Shown: positions 28,968-39,071, numbered from the stretch's first letter. The stretch is DNA of 64,000 nucleotides from Spirochaetia bacterium (GCA_965199955.1 CBDATQ010000001.1:512001-576000), one strand, 5' to 3'. Made by a program: numbers and translations. The notes: generated by a model not told the origin, from the letters alone.

Positions 28968-30257
28968 ATGGCCGAGTTGCGCGAGGTTTCGTTGGTCGAT
29001 CGGATCGAGGCCACCCCGGTGGTCGCCACCGGCCGCCGCTGGCTGTGCGGGAGGGAGGACCATCCCGCACACGTGGAGTCGTACTTCACGATGTACCCGG
29101 AGTGCCGGGACGACCCGGAGCGCGCCTCCTACGGCTCGGTCACCGACCCGGTGCCGCCGTTCTCCCGCGGCGGCGGCCTGATCCCGGTGCTGCTGAAGAT
29201 GGACGACGGGCGGCTGGCCTGCCTGACGCGCACCGGCGCGCCGCACATCGGCACCGGCAGCGAGGTCAGCATCTCCTTCTCCGAGGACCGCGGCGCATCC
29301 TGGTCCGACTATGCGCTCGTGGCGCGCGGCGAGCCCGACGATCAGCTCGACTATCGCGACCACTCCCTGGGGCAGGCCGCCGACGGCACGCTGGTGGTCG
29401 TCTACGGCCTCCTGTTCGGGGAGGTGGAGGCATCGCGGGAGGACGACCCCGACCCGCGCGCCCGCCGCGAGGAGCACCTGGAGGTGGTGCGTTCCACGGA
29501 CGGCGGCGCCACCTGGTCGGAGCCGACGCTGATCGACATGCCGGGACAGGGCATCTTCGTGCGCCCGCACGGGCAGATGGTGCGGCTGGCCGACGACACG
29601 CTGGTGTTCATGGCGCGCGGCCACCAGAGCGACGAGATCCACGAGGCGGACCCCGACGCCCACGAGCGGGTGAACTTCCTGTATCGGTCCACCGACGGCG
29701 GGCTCACCTGGGAAGAGCCGACCCAGATCAGGAGCGGCTGGAGCGAGACCGGCTTCCTGCCGCTGAGCGAAGACCGCTGGGTGGCCTACGTGCGCCACAA
29801 TCAGCGGCCGAACCGGCTCGCCTGGTCCGGCGACGGCGGCCGGACCTGGCCGCGCTGGGAGGAGGGCTGCCTGAGCACCGGCACGCCGCCCGAGCGCCTG
29901 GCCAACCTGCAGAGGACCGGCCACTGGCGGATGGTCAACGGCAAGCCGCAGAAGCCGTCGCCCGGCAGCGTCACGCGGCTGGCCAACGGCATCGTGCTGA
30001 TCACCTACGGCTATCGCGCCTATCCGTTTGGCGTGCGCGCCATCGTCAGCCGCGACGGCGGCGAGCACTTCGACCTGCAGACCGAGTACGTGATCTCCGA
30101 CCGCGCGTTCAGTTGGGACTGCGGCTACCCGAGCACGGTCTGCTACGACGACGGGCTGGTGGTCACCACCGCGTACTCGCTGATGGACCTCGACCATCCG
30201 GACTGGGGCACGTGCTGCCTCGCCTACCGCTATTCGCAGGATCTGTTCGCGGCGTAG
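28968..30257 (+). CDS. BNR/Asp-box sialidase-like beta-propeller, class B
   Basis: SEDRGASW, STDGGATW, STDGGLTW, SETG, DCGYPS; AAGGAGG RBS; paralogue of 1898-3211. Confidence 0.85.
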   Translation: MAELREVSLVDRIEATPVVATGRRWLCGREDHPAHVESYFTMYPECRDDPERASYGSVTDPVPPFSRGGGLIPVLLKMDDGRLACLTRTGAPHIGTGSEVSISFSEDRGASWSDYALVARGEPDDQLDYRDHSLGQAADGTLVVVYGLLFGEVEASREDDPDPRARREEHLEVVRSTDGGATWSEPTLIDMPGQGIFVRPHGQMVRLADDTLVFMARGHQSDEIHEADPDAHERVNFLYRSTDGGLTWEEPTQIRSGWSETGFLPLSEDRWVAYVRHNQRPNRLAWSGDGGRTWPRWEEGCLSTGTPPERLANLQRTGHWRMVNGKPQKPSPGSVTRLANGIVLITYGYRAYPFGVRAIVSRDGGEHFDLQTEYVISDRAFSWDCGYPSTVCYDDGLVVTTAYSLMDLDHPDWGTCCLAYRYSQDLFAA

Positions 30258-30260
30258 GCG

Positions 30261-30506
30261 GTGATCGCCGGCCGGGCGGCCGACGAGAGCGGCGAGCCCA
30301 GGACCGCCGTGTTCGAGTACCGGGACGGGGCGCTGGAGCTCGGCCTGTATCTGCCGAGCGGCCGCGACACCGGCTATTCGGGCCTGTATGCGGTCAGCGG
30401 GAACGAAGTCCTGATCGCCTGTTACTCCGGGCACGAGTATCCCGATTCCGACAAGCGGGTCACCCACGGCCCCTGCGACATCTACCTGGCGTCGGTGTCT
30501 CTCTGA
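30261..30506 (+). pseudogene. C-terminal remnant of a class C beta-propeller gene
   Basis: RTAVF..LPSGRDTGYSG..YSGHE..DIYLA matches only the last blade of 12238/19636/31775. Confidence 0.65.
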
Positions 30507-30517
30507 GCCGCGGCTGA

Positions 30518-31648
30518 CTACCCCTCTTCGAGGATCGCGCCCTCGATGCCGCGCAGGTCGTCCTCGAAGTGGTGCCAGTACGTGACCAGCACGCGCCCGT
30601 CGTCGAGCTCCACCGACCAGGGATAGCCGCAGTCCGGGCTGATCGCGTCGTCGCGGATGATGATCTCCGGCGCGGTGTCGAGGTTCTCGCCCTCGGGATC
30701 CAGGATGCGCGCCGAGCAGCCGCGCTGGCCCACCCAGCGCGTGCCGACGGTGAGGAAGATGCGTCCGTCGCGCAGCCCGAGCATGTGCCCGGGGCTGCCG
30801 TGGACCATCGTCGGCCGCCACGGCGACCAGGTGCGCCCGTCGTCATCGGAGTGGACGAGCACCAGCAGGCGGTCCTCGAAGCTGCGTTCGGTGACGTGCG
30901 GGCCGGTGAACCCCTGCCGGCGGACGATCTCCGGACCCAGGGCGTTCGCGTGGCACCGGTACAGCACCAGGATGCGGCCGGAGGGAGTGCGGTGGATGGT
31001 CGGCTCGCTGAAGTGGGCGACCGGGTCCTCGCAGATCCGGCCGCCGTACTCCCAGGTCTCGCCCATGTCACGGGAGATCCGCAGCATGCCGAAGTAGCGG
31101 AACTCGTGGCTGATGTCCGTGGCCTTGCTCGGCAGGAACAGGCGTCCGTCCGGCATCGCCAGCAGCCCGCTGCGGCTCACGCCGGTGTGCTCGGACGGAT
31201 GGCCGTTGATGGCGTCCGGGAGCGACGGGAAGCGGACCGGCTTGGTCCAGGTGTAGCCGTCGTCGGTGGACCGCACCCAGAACGGCATCCCGAAGCGCAC
31301 GGTCCAGTCCCGGCCGTGCGCGGGCGATCCTGCGGCCGGCACCAGCTCCGAGCACGAGGAGTGCAGGAAGATGCTGCCGTCCGGCAGCGTGTGGCAGCTC
31401 CGGTCCATCACCCCGCCCAGCGGATCGATGGTCACCAGGTACGCGTCGCTCCAGGTCCGCCCCTCGTCACTGGATCGGCACGCCTGCACGTTGAACAGCG
31501 GATGCTTGTGGTTGGGCAGGCTGACGTGGGGGGCGCGCTGGAAGGTCATCAGCAGGTCCCCGCCCGGAGTCCGGTTCACGCAGGGCGAGAGCGCGTAGAA
31601 GCCCTCTTCGCGGTAGATGGTCATCCGGTCGGTCACCTTCCAACTCAT
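30518..31648 (-). CDS. BNR/Asp-box sialidase-like beta-propeller, class A (copy 1)
   Basis: SSDEGRTW, STDDGYTW, SRDMGETW, SDDDGRTW, FSEP, DCGYP. Confidence 0.88.
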   Translation of the reverse strand: MSWKVTDRMTIYREEGFYALSPCVNRTPGGDLLMTFQRAPHVSLPNHKHPLFNVQACRSSDEGRTWSDAYLVTIDPLGGVMDRSCHTLPDGSIFLHSSCSELVPAAGSPAHGRDWTVRFGMPFWVRSTDDGYTWTKPVRFPSLPDAINGHPSEHTGVSRSGLLAMPDGRLFLPSKATDISHEFRYFGMLRISRDMGETWEYGGRICEDPVAHFSEPTIHRTPSGRILVLYRCHANALGPEIVRRQGFTGPHVTERSFEDRLLVLVHSDDDGRTWSPWRPTMVHGSPGHMLGLRDGRIFLTVGTRWVGQRGCSARILDPEGENLDTAPEIIIRDDAISPDCGYPWSVELDDGRVLVTYWHHFEDDLRGIEGAILEEG

Positions 31649-31774
31649 GACTACCCATCATACGAGACTACGGAAGCAGTCATGTACACCATGGTGCCGT
31701 GGGACGCGAACGAGAGTGGGTCATACTGCCGCCCATGCGCCGCGGGAACGCGCACGTGGTTGGAAAGAAGGTAT

Positions 31775-32782
31775 CTAACTCACCGAAACCGTGGCGAGCT
31801 TGATGTCACTGCGCTTGGGGACGCCGGGCTCGTAGGGCTCCCCGTCGTAGTAGCACATCACGACCGTACGATCGTCGAGCGCGAGCATGCCGGCGTAGGA
31901 CTGATCGCCGCCCCACCCGGTCGGCAGGTTGGCATGCCATGTCAGCGAGTAATCGGATGGATCGACCGTGAACAGCCCGGTTCGGCTGTCTCCCGGCTGG
32001 TCGTCGGGGTAGTGTTTGCGGCTCGTGCGGCAGGAGAAGACCAGCGTATCGCCGACCTGCACGGCGGCGGGGCCGGAATAGCCTGGCGGGTGCTCCCGAG
32101 CCCGGTCGGCCCCCGCGACGGACCACGTCGTGTAGGGCGGCCGCGCGATCGACACGTAGTGGGGGCGGGTGAAGGCGAGCAGCGAGCCGTCGGCGAGAAA
32201 CAGCAGCTCGGTCTCCGTGCAGCGCGAGGCGCGGACGATGACCGACACCGGCTGCCACAACTGGCCGTCGCGTGACGACAGCAGCTCGACCTGCTGGTCG
32301 AGCTCGTCGACGTCGGGCGGCGTGACGTCGACGTCGGCCGCCACGTAGTGGACGCCGCCGTGGGTCTGCGGCTTCCAGTACCCGTAGTTGTACCGATAGG
32401 CGGACACGGGGTGGCACCACGTCCGTCCGTCCTCCGTGAACGACAGGTAGGTCTCCTGCGGCATCGTGAGCCGCGCCGGCCCTATGATGGTGGTGCTGAA
32501 GACGTAGAGCCGCTCCGGGGTCGCGAGCAGCTTCGGGTCACGGTCGTCGTACTCGCTGTCCAGGATCACCGACGGCGTCCACGTCGTCAGGTCGGCCGAC
32601 TCCAGCAGCATGATCCTGCCGTACGTGGCCGGCACGTCTCCCCAGCCGTCTTCCCAAGTCGCCGCGTGGGTGCCGGCGGATCGGAAGGCGACGTAGTACC
32701 GGCCGCGCCACCGCACCATGCTGGTGAAGGCATTGTGCCGGCCGTCGGAATGGATGGTCTCGGTGTTCTCGATCTTCAGCAT
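31775..32782 (-). CDS. sialidase-like beta-propeller, class C
   Basis: HNAFTSM, DDRDPKL, TEDGRTW, SRDGQLW, TETE, GDQSYAG. Confidence 0.78.
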   Translation of the reverse strand: MLKIENTETIHSDGRHNAFTSMVRWRGRYYVAFRSAGTHAATWEDGWGDVPATYGRIMLLESADLTTWTPSVILDSEYDDRDPKLLATPERLYVFSTTIIGPARLTMPQETYLSFTEDGRTWCHPVSAYRYNYGYWKPQTHGGVHYVAADVDVTPPDVDELDQQVELLSSRDGQLWQPVSVIVRASRCTETELLFLADGSLLAFTRPHYVSIARPPYTTWSVAGADRAREHPPGYSGPAAVQVGDTLVFSCRTSRKHYPDDQPGDSRTGLFTVDPSDYSLTWHANLPTGWGGDQSYAGMLALDDRTVVMCYYDGEPYEPGVPKRSDIKLATVSVS

Positions 32783-32789
32783 CGGCCGG

Positions 32790-33920
32790 CTATACCTCTT
32801 CGAGGATCGCGCCCTCGATGCCGCGCAGGTCGTCGTCGAAGTGGTGCCAGTAGGTGACCAGCACGCGCCCGTCGTTCAGCTCCACCGACCAGGGGTAGCC
32901 GCAGTCAGGGCTGATCGCGTCGTCGCGGATGATGATCTCCGGCGCGGTGTCGAGGTTCTCGCCCTCGGGATCCAGGATGCGCGCCGAGCAGCCGCGCTGG
33001 CCCGCCCAGCGCGTGCCGACGGTGAGGAAGATGCGTCCGTCGCGCAGCCCGAGCATGTGCCCGGGGCTGCCGTGGATCATCGTCGGCCGCCACTGCGACC
33101 AGGTTTGCCCGTCGTCATCCGAATACACCAGCACCAGCACGCGCCCCTCGAAGCTGGGGTCGGTGACGTGCGGCCCGTCAAGGCCCTGCTGGCGGACGAT
33201 CTCCGGTCCCAGGGCCCCTGTGTGGCACCGGTACAACACCAGGATGCGGCCGGAGGGGGTGCGGTGGATGGTCGGCTCGCTGAAGTGGGCGACCGGGTCC
33301 TCGCAGATCCGGCCGCCGTACTCCCAGGTCTCGCCCATGTCACGGGAGATCCGCAGCATCCCGTGGTAGCGGAACTCGTCGGTGACGTCGGTGGCCTTGC
33401 TCGGCAGGAACAGGCGTCCGTCGGGCATCACCAGCAGCCCGCTGCGGCTCACGCCGGTGTGCTGGGCCGGGTGCCCGTTGATGGCGTCCGGGAGCGGCGG
33501 GAAGCGGACCGGCTTGGTCCAGGTGTGGCCGTCGTCGGTGGACCGCACCCAGAACGGCATCCCGTAGCGCACGGTCCAGTCCAGGCCGTGCGCCTCCGAC
33601 CCCTCGGCCGGCACCAGCTCCGTGCACGAGCAGTGCAGGAAGATGCTGCCGTCCGGCAGCGAATGGCAGCCCCGGTCCATCACCCCGCCCCGCGGGTCGA
33701 CGGTCACCAGGCATGCATCGCTCCAGGTCTGCCCTTCGTCGCTGGAACGGCACGCCTGCACGTTGAACAGCGGATGGTTGTGGTTGGCCATGCCGATGTG
33801 GGTGGCGCGCTGGAAGGTCACCAGCAGGTCGCCGTTCGGCGTCCGGTTCACGGTGGGCGAGAGTGCGTAGAAGCCCTCTTCGTGGTAGATGGTCATCCGG
33901 TCGGTCACTCGCCAGCTCAT
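32790..33920 (-). CDS. BNR/Asp-box sialidase-like beta-propeller, class A (copy 2)
   Basis: same length (376 aa) and colinear with 30518-31648. Confidence 0.88.
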   Translation of the reverse strand: MSWRVTDRMTIYHEEGFYALSPTVNRTPNGDLLVTFQRATHIGMANHNHPLFNVQACRSSDEGQTWSDACLVTVDPRGGVMDRGCHSLPDGSIFLHCSCTELVPAEGSEAHGLDWTVRYGMPFWVRSTDDGHTWTKPVRFPPLPDAINGHPAQHTGVSRSGLLVMPDGRLFLPSKATDVTDEFRYHGMLRISRDMGETWEYGGRICEDPVAHFSEPTIHRTPSGRILVLYRCHTGALGPEIVRQQGLDGPHVTDPSFEGRVLVLVYSDDDGQTWSQWRPTMIHGSPGHMLGLRDGRIFLTVGTRWAGQRGCSARILDPEGENLDTAPEIIIRDDAISPDCGYPWSVELNDGRVLVTYWHHFDDDLRGIEGAILEEV

Positions 33921-33975
33921 GACCGGCCATGATCCCCGGTTTCGGCGAAGCTGAACAGTCGTCGCCGGTGGTCGA

Positions 33976-35625
33976 TCATTCGGGCGGGGCTTCAGATCCG
34001 AGCGCGGCGAGGGAGCGGCTGACGACCGAGGCGCTGGCCGTCGCTTCCGCGGTGACGATCACGGTCGCGCCGGCGTGGTGCAGCGAGGCGCGGTCCAGCT
34101 CGTACGGGGCGCGCGCGATGATGGCGAGGTCGGGAGCGATCGCCCGAATCCGCCGGACCGCAAGCTCGGTGGCGCGGGCGTCGTTGACGGTCAGGACCAC
34201 CAGCCGCGCGTCCTTGCAGCCGAGCTCCTCCAGCACCTCACGCTGTGTCACGTCGCCGAGCACGGCCCGGTCGCCGATGGCGCGCGCCGCGCGCACGTTG
34301 TCCGGGTTCGCGTCGATGGCCAGGTAGTCGAAGCCGGCTTCCCTGACGGCACGGCACACCTCGCGGCCGGCAAGTCCGTAGCCGGCAACGATCACGTGGT
34401 CCGAGTGCGGTTCGTCCGCCTCGATGCCGGGCGGCTCCGCGCGCAGGAGCCGGTTCAGCCACGGAACCCGCGCCGCACCACCGGCCAGGTGGGGGCCGAA
34501 GGCGATGACCAGCGGAGTGAGCAGCATGGACAGGATTATCGCCATCATCAGGTGCTGGGACAGCGCGATACCCAGCAGCCCGGTGCCCGCCGCTACGCTC
34601 ATCAACACGAACGAGAACTCGCCGACCTGGCACAGTGCCGCCGCCGACAGGATGCCGACCCGCAGCGGCAGGCGGAGGAGGAGGGCGGTGACGAGGATGA
34701 TCGCGAACTTGCCGACCAGGATCGCGCCGAGCAGTCCGGCGGTGGCCATGATCTGACCGGACATGCCGGAGACGTCCAGCAGCATCCCGACCGAGACGAA
34801 GAACAGGCTGGCCAGGATGTCGCGGGCCGGGATCAGGTCCGCCATCGCCTGGTGGCGGAACTCGCTGCCGGCGACGATCAGGCCGGCCAGGAACGCACCG
34901 AGCGCCAGGGAGATGCCGGCCAGGGACAGCGCCCAGGTCGTGCCGAAGCACACCAGGAAGACCGTCAGAATGAAGAGTTCGCGTTCCCGTGTCTTGGCCA
35001 CGAACGCCAGCAGCCGCGGCACCAGGAAGCTGGCGGCCACCAGCACGCCGGCCAGGACCGCGACGGCCGTGCCGACCGTGAGCAGGATCTCCCGCGGGGA
35101 GCTGTCGCCTCCGGCCAGCAGGGGCACGGCCAGAATCATCGGCACCACGCACAGGTCCTGGAACACCAGGATGCCCACGGCCAGGCGGCCGTGCGGGGCG
35201 TCCAGCTCGCCACGCGCCGACAGCGCGCGCAGGACCACGGCCGTGCTGGAGACCGCGATCACGCATCCCAGGAACACCGCCGTCCCCGGAGCCAGACCGA
35301 ACCCACGGGCCAGGGCCGCCGTGCATGCCAGCGTCACCGCGACCTGGATGCCGCCGCCCAGCAACACGGCTTTCCACAGGCGGCGCAGGCGATCGACCGC
35401 CAACTCCAGGCCGATACCGAACAGAAGCAGGACGACGCCGACCTCCGCCAGTATCTCGACCTGATGGGTGTCGTCCACCAGGCCCAGGCCGGTGGGGCCG
35501 GCCAGGACGCCGGTCAGGATGAACCCCGCGATCGACGGGACGCCGATGCGGCGCAGCAACGCCACCACCACCACGGCGGCCCCGAGCACGATGACCAAGT
35601 CCTTGAGGAAGCCCAGCTCAGGCAC
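33976..35625 (-). CDS. CPA2 cation:proton antiporter with TrkA-N domain (KefC/YbaL-like)
   Basis: multiple TM, GVVLLLFGIGLE, SSTAVV, FQDL, QVGEFSFV, IVAGYGLAG. Confidence 0.92.
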   Translation of the reverse strand: MPELGFLKDLVIVLGAAVVVVALLRRIGVPSIAGFILTGVLAGPTGLGLVDDTHQVEILAEVGVVLLLFGIGLELAVDRLRRLWKAVLLGGGIQVAVTLACTAALARGFGLAPGTAVFLGCVIAVSSTAVVLRALSARGELDAPHGRLAVGILVFQDLCVVPMILAVPLLAGGDSSPREILLTVGTAVAVLAGVLVAASFLVPRLLAFVAKTRERELFILTVFLVCFGTTWALSLAGISLALGAFLAGLIVAGSEFRHQAMADLIPARDILASLFFVSVGMLLDVSGMSGQIMATAGLLGAILVGKFAIILVTALLLRLPLRVGILSAAALCQVGEFSFVLMSVAAGTGLLGIALSQHLMMAIILSMLLTPLVIAFGPHLAGGAARVPWLNRLLRAEPPGIEADEPHSDHVIVAGYGLAGREVCRAVREAGFDYLAIDANPDNVRAARAIGDRAVLGDVTQREVLEELGCKDARLVVLTVNDARATELAVRRIRAIAPDLAIIARAPYELDRASLHHAGATVIVTAEATASASVVSRSLAALGSEAPPE

Positions 35626-35653
35626 GTGACGGTTCCCTCACGGCACGGCAACG

Positions 35654-36724
35654 CTATCGCGGATGGTATCTCGGCTCGCGGGGGGTTACCTCGCGCTGCA
35701 GGCGCAACTCGCTGCCGGCCAGCGGCAGCGACGTGCGAGCTCCGCTGTTCCGGTGCGACTCCAGGCAGGCGAAGATCAGCTCGGTGTTGGTGCGCGCGAC
35801 GCGCACGCCGCCGCGCGTCGGGGCGCCGGTGTCCAGCGCCTGCACCAGGTCCAGGATCAGGTGAACGGCGGGGCTGCCGGGCTGGAACGCCGGAAAGGTG
35901 CCGGGTCCCAGCACCGGCCGGCCGCGCAGGTCGACGCCGCTCTCTTCGCGCACCTGCCACTCGCTGCCGACCGTGGTGACGATGCCGCGCTCGCATACCA
36001 CCTCCGCCTCGAACGGACGGCCGCTGTCGAGCAGGAACGCCGGCACGCCGTTCGCGAACTGCAGGCGGCCGCCGCCGTCGGGATCGGCATGCAGCACGGT
36101 GCCCTCGATCCGGTCCGCGCCCTCCGACAGGTGGAACTGCACCCAGCTCACCGGCGCGTCGCCGTTCAGCATCAGCACCAGGTCGATCGCATGGCTGCCC
36201 ATGTTGAAGATCCCGTGGCTGCAGTGGACGGTGAGCGAGCGCAGCGCGCCGTAGCGCTCCTCGGCGATCAGCGATCGCAGGACCCGGAAGCCGGGGTGCC
36301 AGCGCCGGTTGCTGCCCATGTTGAAGGCGACGCCGTTGCGCTCCACCGCCTGCACCATCGCGCCGGCCTCCGCCAGCGAGGCCGCCATCGGCTTCTCGGC
36401 ATAGATGGCGCGCGCGCCGTGATCGGCGGCGTGGATGACGATCTCCGCCCGGTGCTCGGGCTGGGTGGCGACGCTGACGATGTCGGGCCGCTCGGCGGCG
36501 ATCATCTCGCGGTAGTCCGTGTACCGGTGCGCGGCCGGCACGCCGTAGCGCTCGCCCGCGCGTGCCATCACGTCCTCACGCTGGTCGGCCAGGGCCACCA
36601 GGGTTGTGCGCTCGCACGCCTCGTACGCCGCGGCGTGTGAGTAGGGATGGGGATCCGCGACCTCGTTGTCGATAAAGGCGCCGATGCGTCCGCAGCCGAT
36701 CAGGGCCGCTCGATAGGTGGTCAT
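35654..36724 (-). CDS. Gfo/Idh/MocA oxidoreductase (paralogue of 3224-4297)
   Basis: MTTYRAALIGCGRIG, EKPMA; ATGA overlap with upstream stop. Confidence 0.9.
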   Translation of the reverse strand: MTTYRAALIGCGRIGAFIDNEVADPHPYSHAAAYEACERTTLVALADQREDVMARAGERYGVPAAHRYTDYREMIAAERPDIVSVATQPEHRAEIVIHAADHGARAIYAEKPMAASLAEAGAMVQAVERNGVAFNMGSNRRWHPGFRVLRSLIAEERYGALRSLTVHCSHGIFNMGSHAIDLVLMLNGDAPVSWVQFHLSEGADRIEGTVLHADPDGGGRLQFANGVPAFLLDSGRPFEAEVVCERGIVTTVGSEWQVREESGVDLRGRPVLGPGTFPAFQPGSPAVHLILDLVQALDTGAPTRGGVRVARTNTELIFACLESHRNSGARTSLPLAGSELRLQREVTPREPRYHPR

Positions 36725-37848
36725 GGTATAGGCTCCAAACGGTAGATCGAGGCGCTTCGCGCGTCCTCCAGCAGCCACAGCATCCCGTCCGGTCCCTGCT
36801 TGACGTCGCGCACCCGCCCCACGCGGCGGCGCAGGAGCACCTCCTCGGCCACCGCCCGCTCGCCGTCGAGCTGCACGCGGCGCAGGTGCTGGCCGGCCAG
36901 GGCGCCGGCGAACAGGTCGCCGCGCCAGCCGGGAAAGCGGTTGCCGTCGTAGAAGGTCATGCCGGACGGGGCGATCGACGGCGTCCAGTGCAGGACGGGC
37001 TGCGCCATGCCCGGTGCCGCCGTGCCGACGCCGATCCGCGCGCCGCTCCGGTACTCGGCGCCGTAGGTGATCACCGGCCAGCCGTAGTTGACGCCGGCCT
37101 CGATCACGTTGATCTCGTCGCCGCCCTGCGGCCCGTGCTCGTGTGACCAGAGGCGGCCGGTCGCCGGGTGGACGGCCAGCCCCTGTGGGTTGCGGTGGCC
37201 GAAGGAGTACACTTCCGGGGCGCCGCCGCCGGCGGAGAACGGGTTGTCGGCCGGCACCGAGCCGTCGTCCCGCAGGCGGATGATCGTGCCGGCGTGGTCG
37301 GACGGATCCTGGGCGCGCTGCCGCTCGCCCCGTTCGCCGAAGGTGGCGTACAGCATGCCGTCGGCGCCGAACGACAGACGCGAGCCGAAGTGCAGGCGGG
37401 AGCCCGACGGCCGGTTCATCGTGAACAGCACCTCCACATCCTCCAGCCCGGCGTCGGTGAGCCGCCCGCGTGCGATGCTGGTCGCGTAGCGCCCGCTGCG
37501 GCCGGCGGCATAGGAGAGGTAGACCAGCCGGTTCTCCGTGAACCGGGGATGCGGCTCCACGTCCAGCAGGCCGCCCTGACCGACCGCGGCGACCGCGGGT
37601 GCGCCGCTCAGCGTCCGCAGCGCGCCGGTCTCCGGGTCCAGGCTCAGCAGGCCGCCGGGCCGCTCGCTTACCAGCGCGCCGCCGTCCGGCAGGAAGGCGA
37701 TCGACCAGGGGTGGTTCAGGCCTCCGGCAACGCGCACGACCCGGAACATCTCCCGCTCCGATTCGACCCGCTCGGCCACCACGGTCGGCTCGGCGCCGGC
37801 CGCGAGCGTGACCAGGAGCGCCAGCAGGGAGGCGGCGCCGGCACGCAT
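36721..37848 (-). CDS. PQQ-dependent sugar dehydrogenase (YliI/GSDH family)
   Basis: signal peptide, GLNHPW, GQGGLLD, HFGSRL, GHRNPQG, EHGPQGGDEIN, NYGWP, SIAPSG. Confidence 0.93.
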   Translation of the reverse strand: MRAGAASLLALLVTLAAGAEPTVVAERVESEREMFRVVRVAGGLNHPWSIAFLPDGGALVSERPGGLLSLDPETGALRTLSGAPAVAAVGQGGLLDVEPHPRFTENRLVYLSYAAGRSGRYATSIARGRLTDAGLEDVEVLFTMNRPSGSRLHFGSRLSFGADGMLYATFGERGERQRAQDPSDHAGTIIRLRDDGSVPADNPFSAGGGAPEVYSFGHRNPQGLAVHPATGRLWSHEHGPQGGDEINVIEAGVNYGWPVITYGAEYRSGARIGVGTAAPGMAQPVLHWTPSIAPSGMTFYDGNRFPGWRGDLFAGALAGQHLRRVQLDGERAVAEEVLLRRRVGRVRDVKQGPDGMLWLLEDARSASIYRLEPIP

Positions 37849-38318
37849 CAGGCGTCCTCCGCGAACGCGAAGACCTCGCCGCCGGCCAGGGTGCGGTAGT
37901 CGGCGGTCTGCATGATGATCGAGTCGGTCAGCGCTCCCGCGTTGAAGGCGATGCGGTCGTTGGCCAGCACCGACGGGTCCACGTTCAGCGGCAGCGGCAG
38001 GATCGGCTCCCCGAAGGGCGGCACGCTGCCCGGCACCAGCCCGGTGAGCTCCAGCAGCTCCGGCGCGCTCGCGAAGCGGATGCGCCGCGTCCCGAACCGG
38101 GCGCGCACCGCGGTCGAGTCCAGCCGGAGCGACGCGCTCAGCACGAACAGCCGGAATCCGTCGCCGATCTTGACGACCAGTGCCTTGCCGCCGATGGACA
38201 GCGGCTCGCCCCGCACCTTCGCGGCCTGCTCGGAGGTGCGCACCTCCTCGTGGTGGACGTGGCGGTAGTCGACTCCGGCCTCGTCGAGCATCGCCCGAAT
38301 CCGTTCCAGGACGCTCAT
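37848..38318 (-). CDS. YbaK/ProX aminoacyl-tRNA deacylase family
   Basis: GKALVVK, GLVPGSVPPFG, IAFNAG. Confidence 0.88.
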   Translation of the reverse strand: MSVLERIRAMLDEAGVDYRHVHHEEVRTSEQAAKVRGEPLSIGGKALVVKIGDGFRLFVLSASLRLDSTAVRARFGTRRIRFASAPELLELTGLVPGSVPPFGEPILPLPLNVDPSVLANDRIAFNAGALTDSIIMQTADYRTLAGGEVFAFAEDA

Positions 38319-38331
38319 TCGGGGCGCTTCC

Positions 38332-39003
38332 TCAAATCAGCTCGAAGACGAAGGTGCCCACGTAGGGCTCGCCGTCGGAAAAGCCGGCCTCGCTCTCGGT
38401 CAGCGCGGTAATGGGCGCGGCCGGGTCGGTGTCGGCGTCGGCGTCAGTGTAGACCGTGCCGTCGTCGGTGCCGGCGTCGTAGACGCGGAGGTCCACTTCG
38501 ATCCGTTCTCGCCAGGCTCCGTCCTCCATCAGCGGCAGCGCCGATACGCCCACGAACCAGTCGGGGCTCGGCGCGACCATGCTGACCAGCGTCACGAACG
38601 GATGCGAGGAGACGGCGCCGAACGTCAGGCTCACCGTCGCCGGGGAGGTCGACAGCCCGCCGCCGGAAAGCTTGTCGTGCGCGTCTCCGTCCTCGATCAG
38701 ATGCTCGATCTCGTGCAGCAACTCGCCCTTGCCGCCGGTTTCCGCCATCAGCTCGATGCCCTCGGAGGCGATTGCGCCCATCTCCCAGAGCCGCACGTCG
38801 CCGTGGTGCGTCGCGCCCACCAGACCGGAGAAGTGGGGCCCGATGGGGAAATTGGTCGGATGGGTCTCCGCGGTCCAGGTGGCGTTGAATGTCACCCGAT
38901 AGCGGGCCTCAGTCTCCATGTCTCCCATGGCGCAGGCCGCGCACAGCACCAGCACGGCAACCGAGGTTGACCCGAAAAGCGCCGTTCTCATGCCCGCCAG
39001 CAT
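38332..39003 (-). CDS. spondin-N domain lipoprotein
   Basis: GGAGG RBS; lipobox-like LCAAC; ARYRVTFNATW..THP, HFSGLVGATH, SMVAPSPDWFVG, YDAGTD. Confidence 0.88.
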   Translation of the reverse strand: MLAGMRTALFGSTSVAVLVLCAACAMGDMETEARYRVTFNATWTAETHPTNFPIGPHFSGLVGATHHGDVRLWEMGAIASEGIELMAETGGKGELLHEIEHLIEDGDAHDKLSGGGLSTSPATVSLTFGAVSSHPFVTLVSMVAPSPDWFVGVSALPLMEDGAWRERIEVDLRVYDAGTDDGTVYTDADADTDPAAPITALTESEAGFSDGEPYVGTFVFELI

Positions 39004-39071
39004 AGCGGAACCTCCAGTCCTTGTGGACGCCGTGCGGCCGGTCGCAGCAGAATCCGGAACGGCAGGATCAC

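Noticed and set aside
27306..30821. 1171-aa ORF as a single giant protein
   Set aside because: Only the last 528 aa (from ATG 28892 with RBS) match the paralogue; the rest is antisense or out of frame relative to real genes
30518..33920. Diversity-generating retroelement (template/variable repeat) explanation for the near-identical pair
   Set aside because: Both copies are full-length ORFs, differences are not confined to adenines or to a 3' segment, and no reverse transcriptase is in the window
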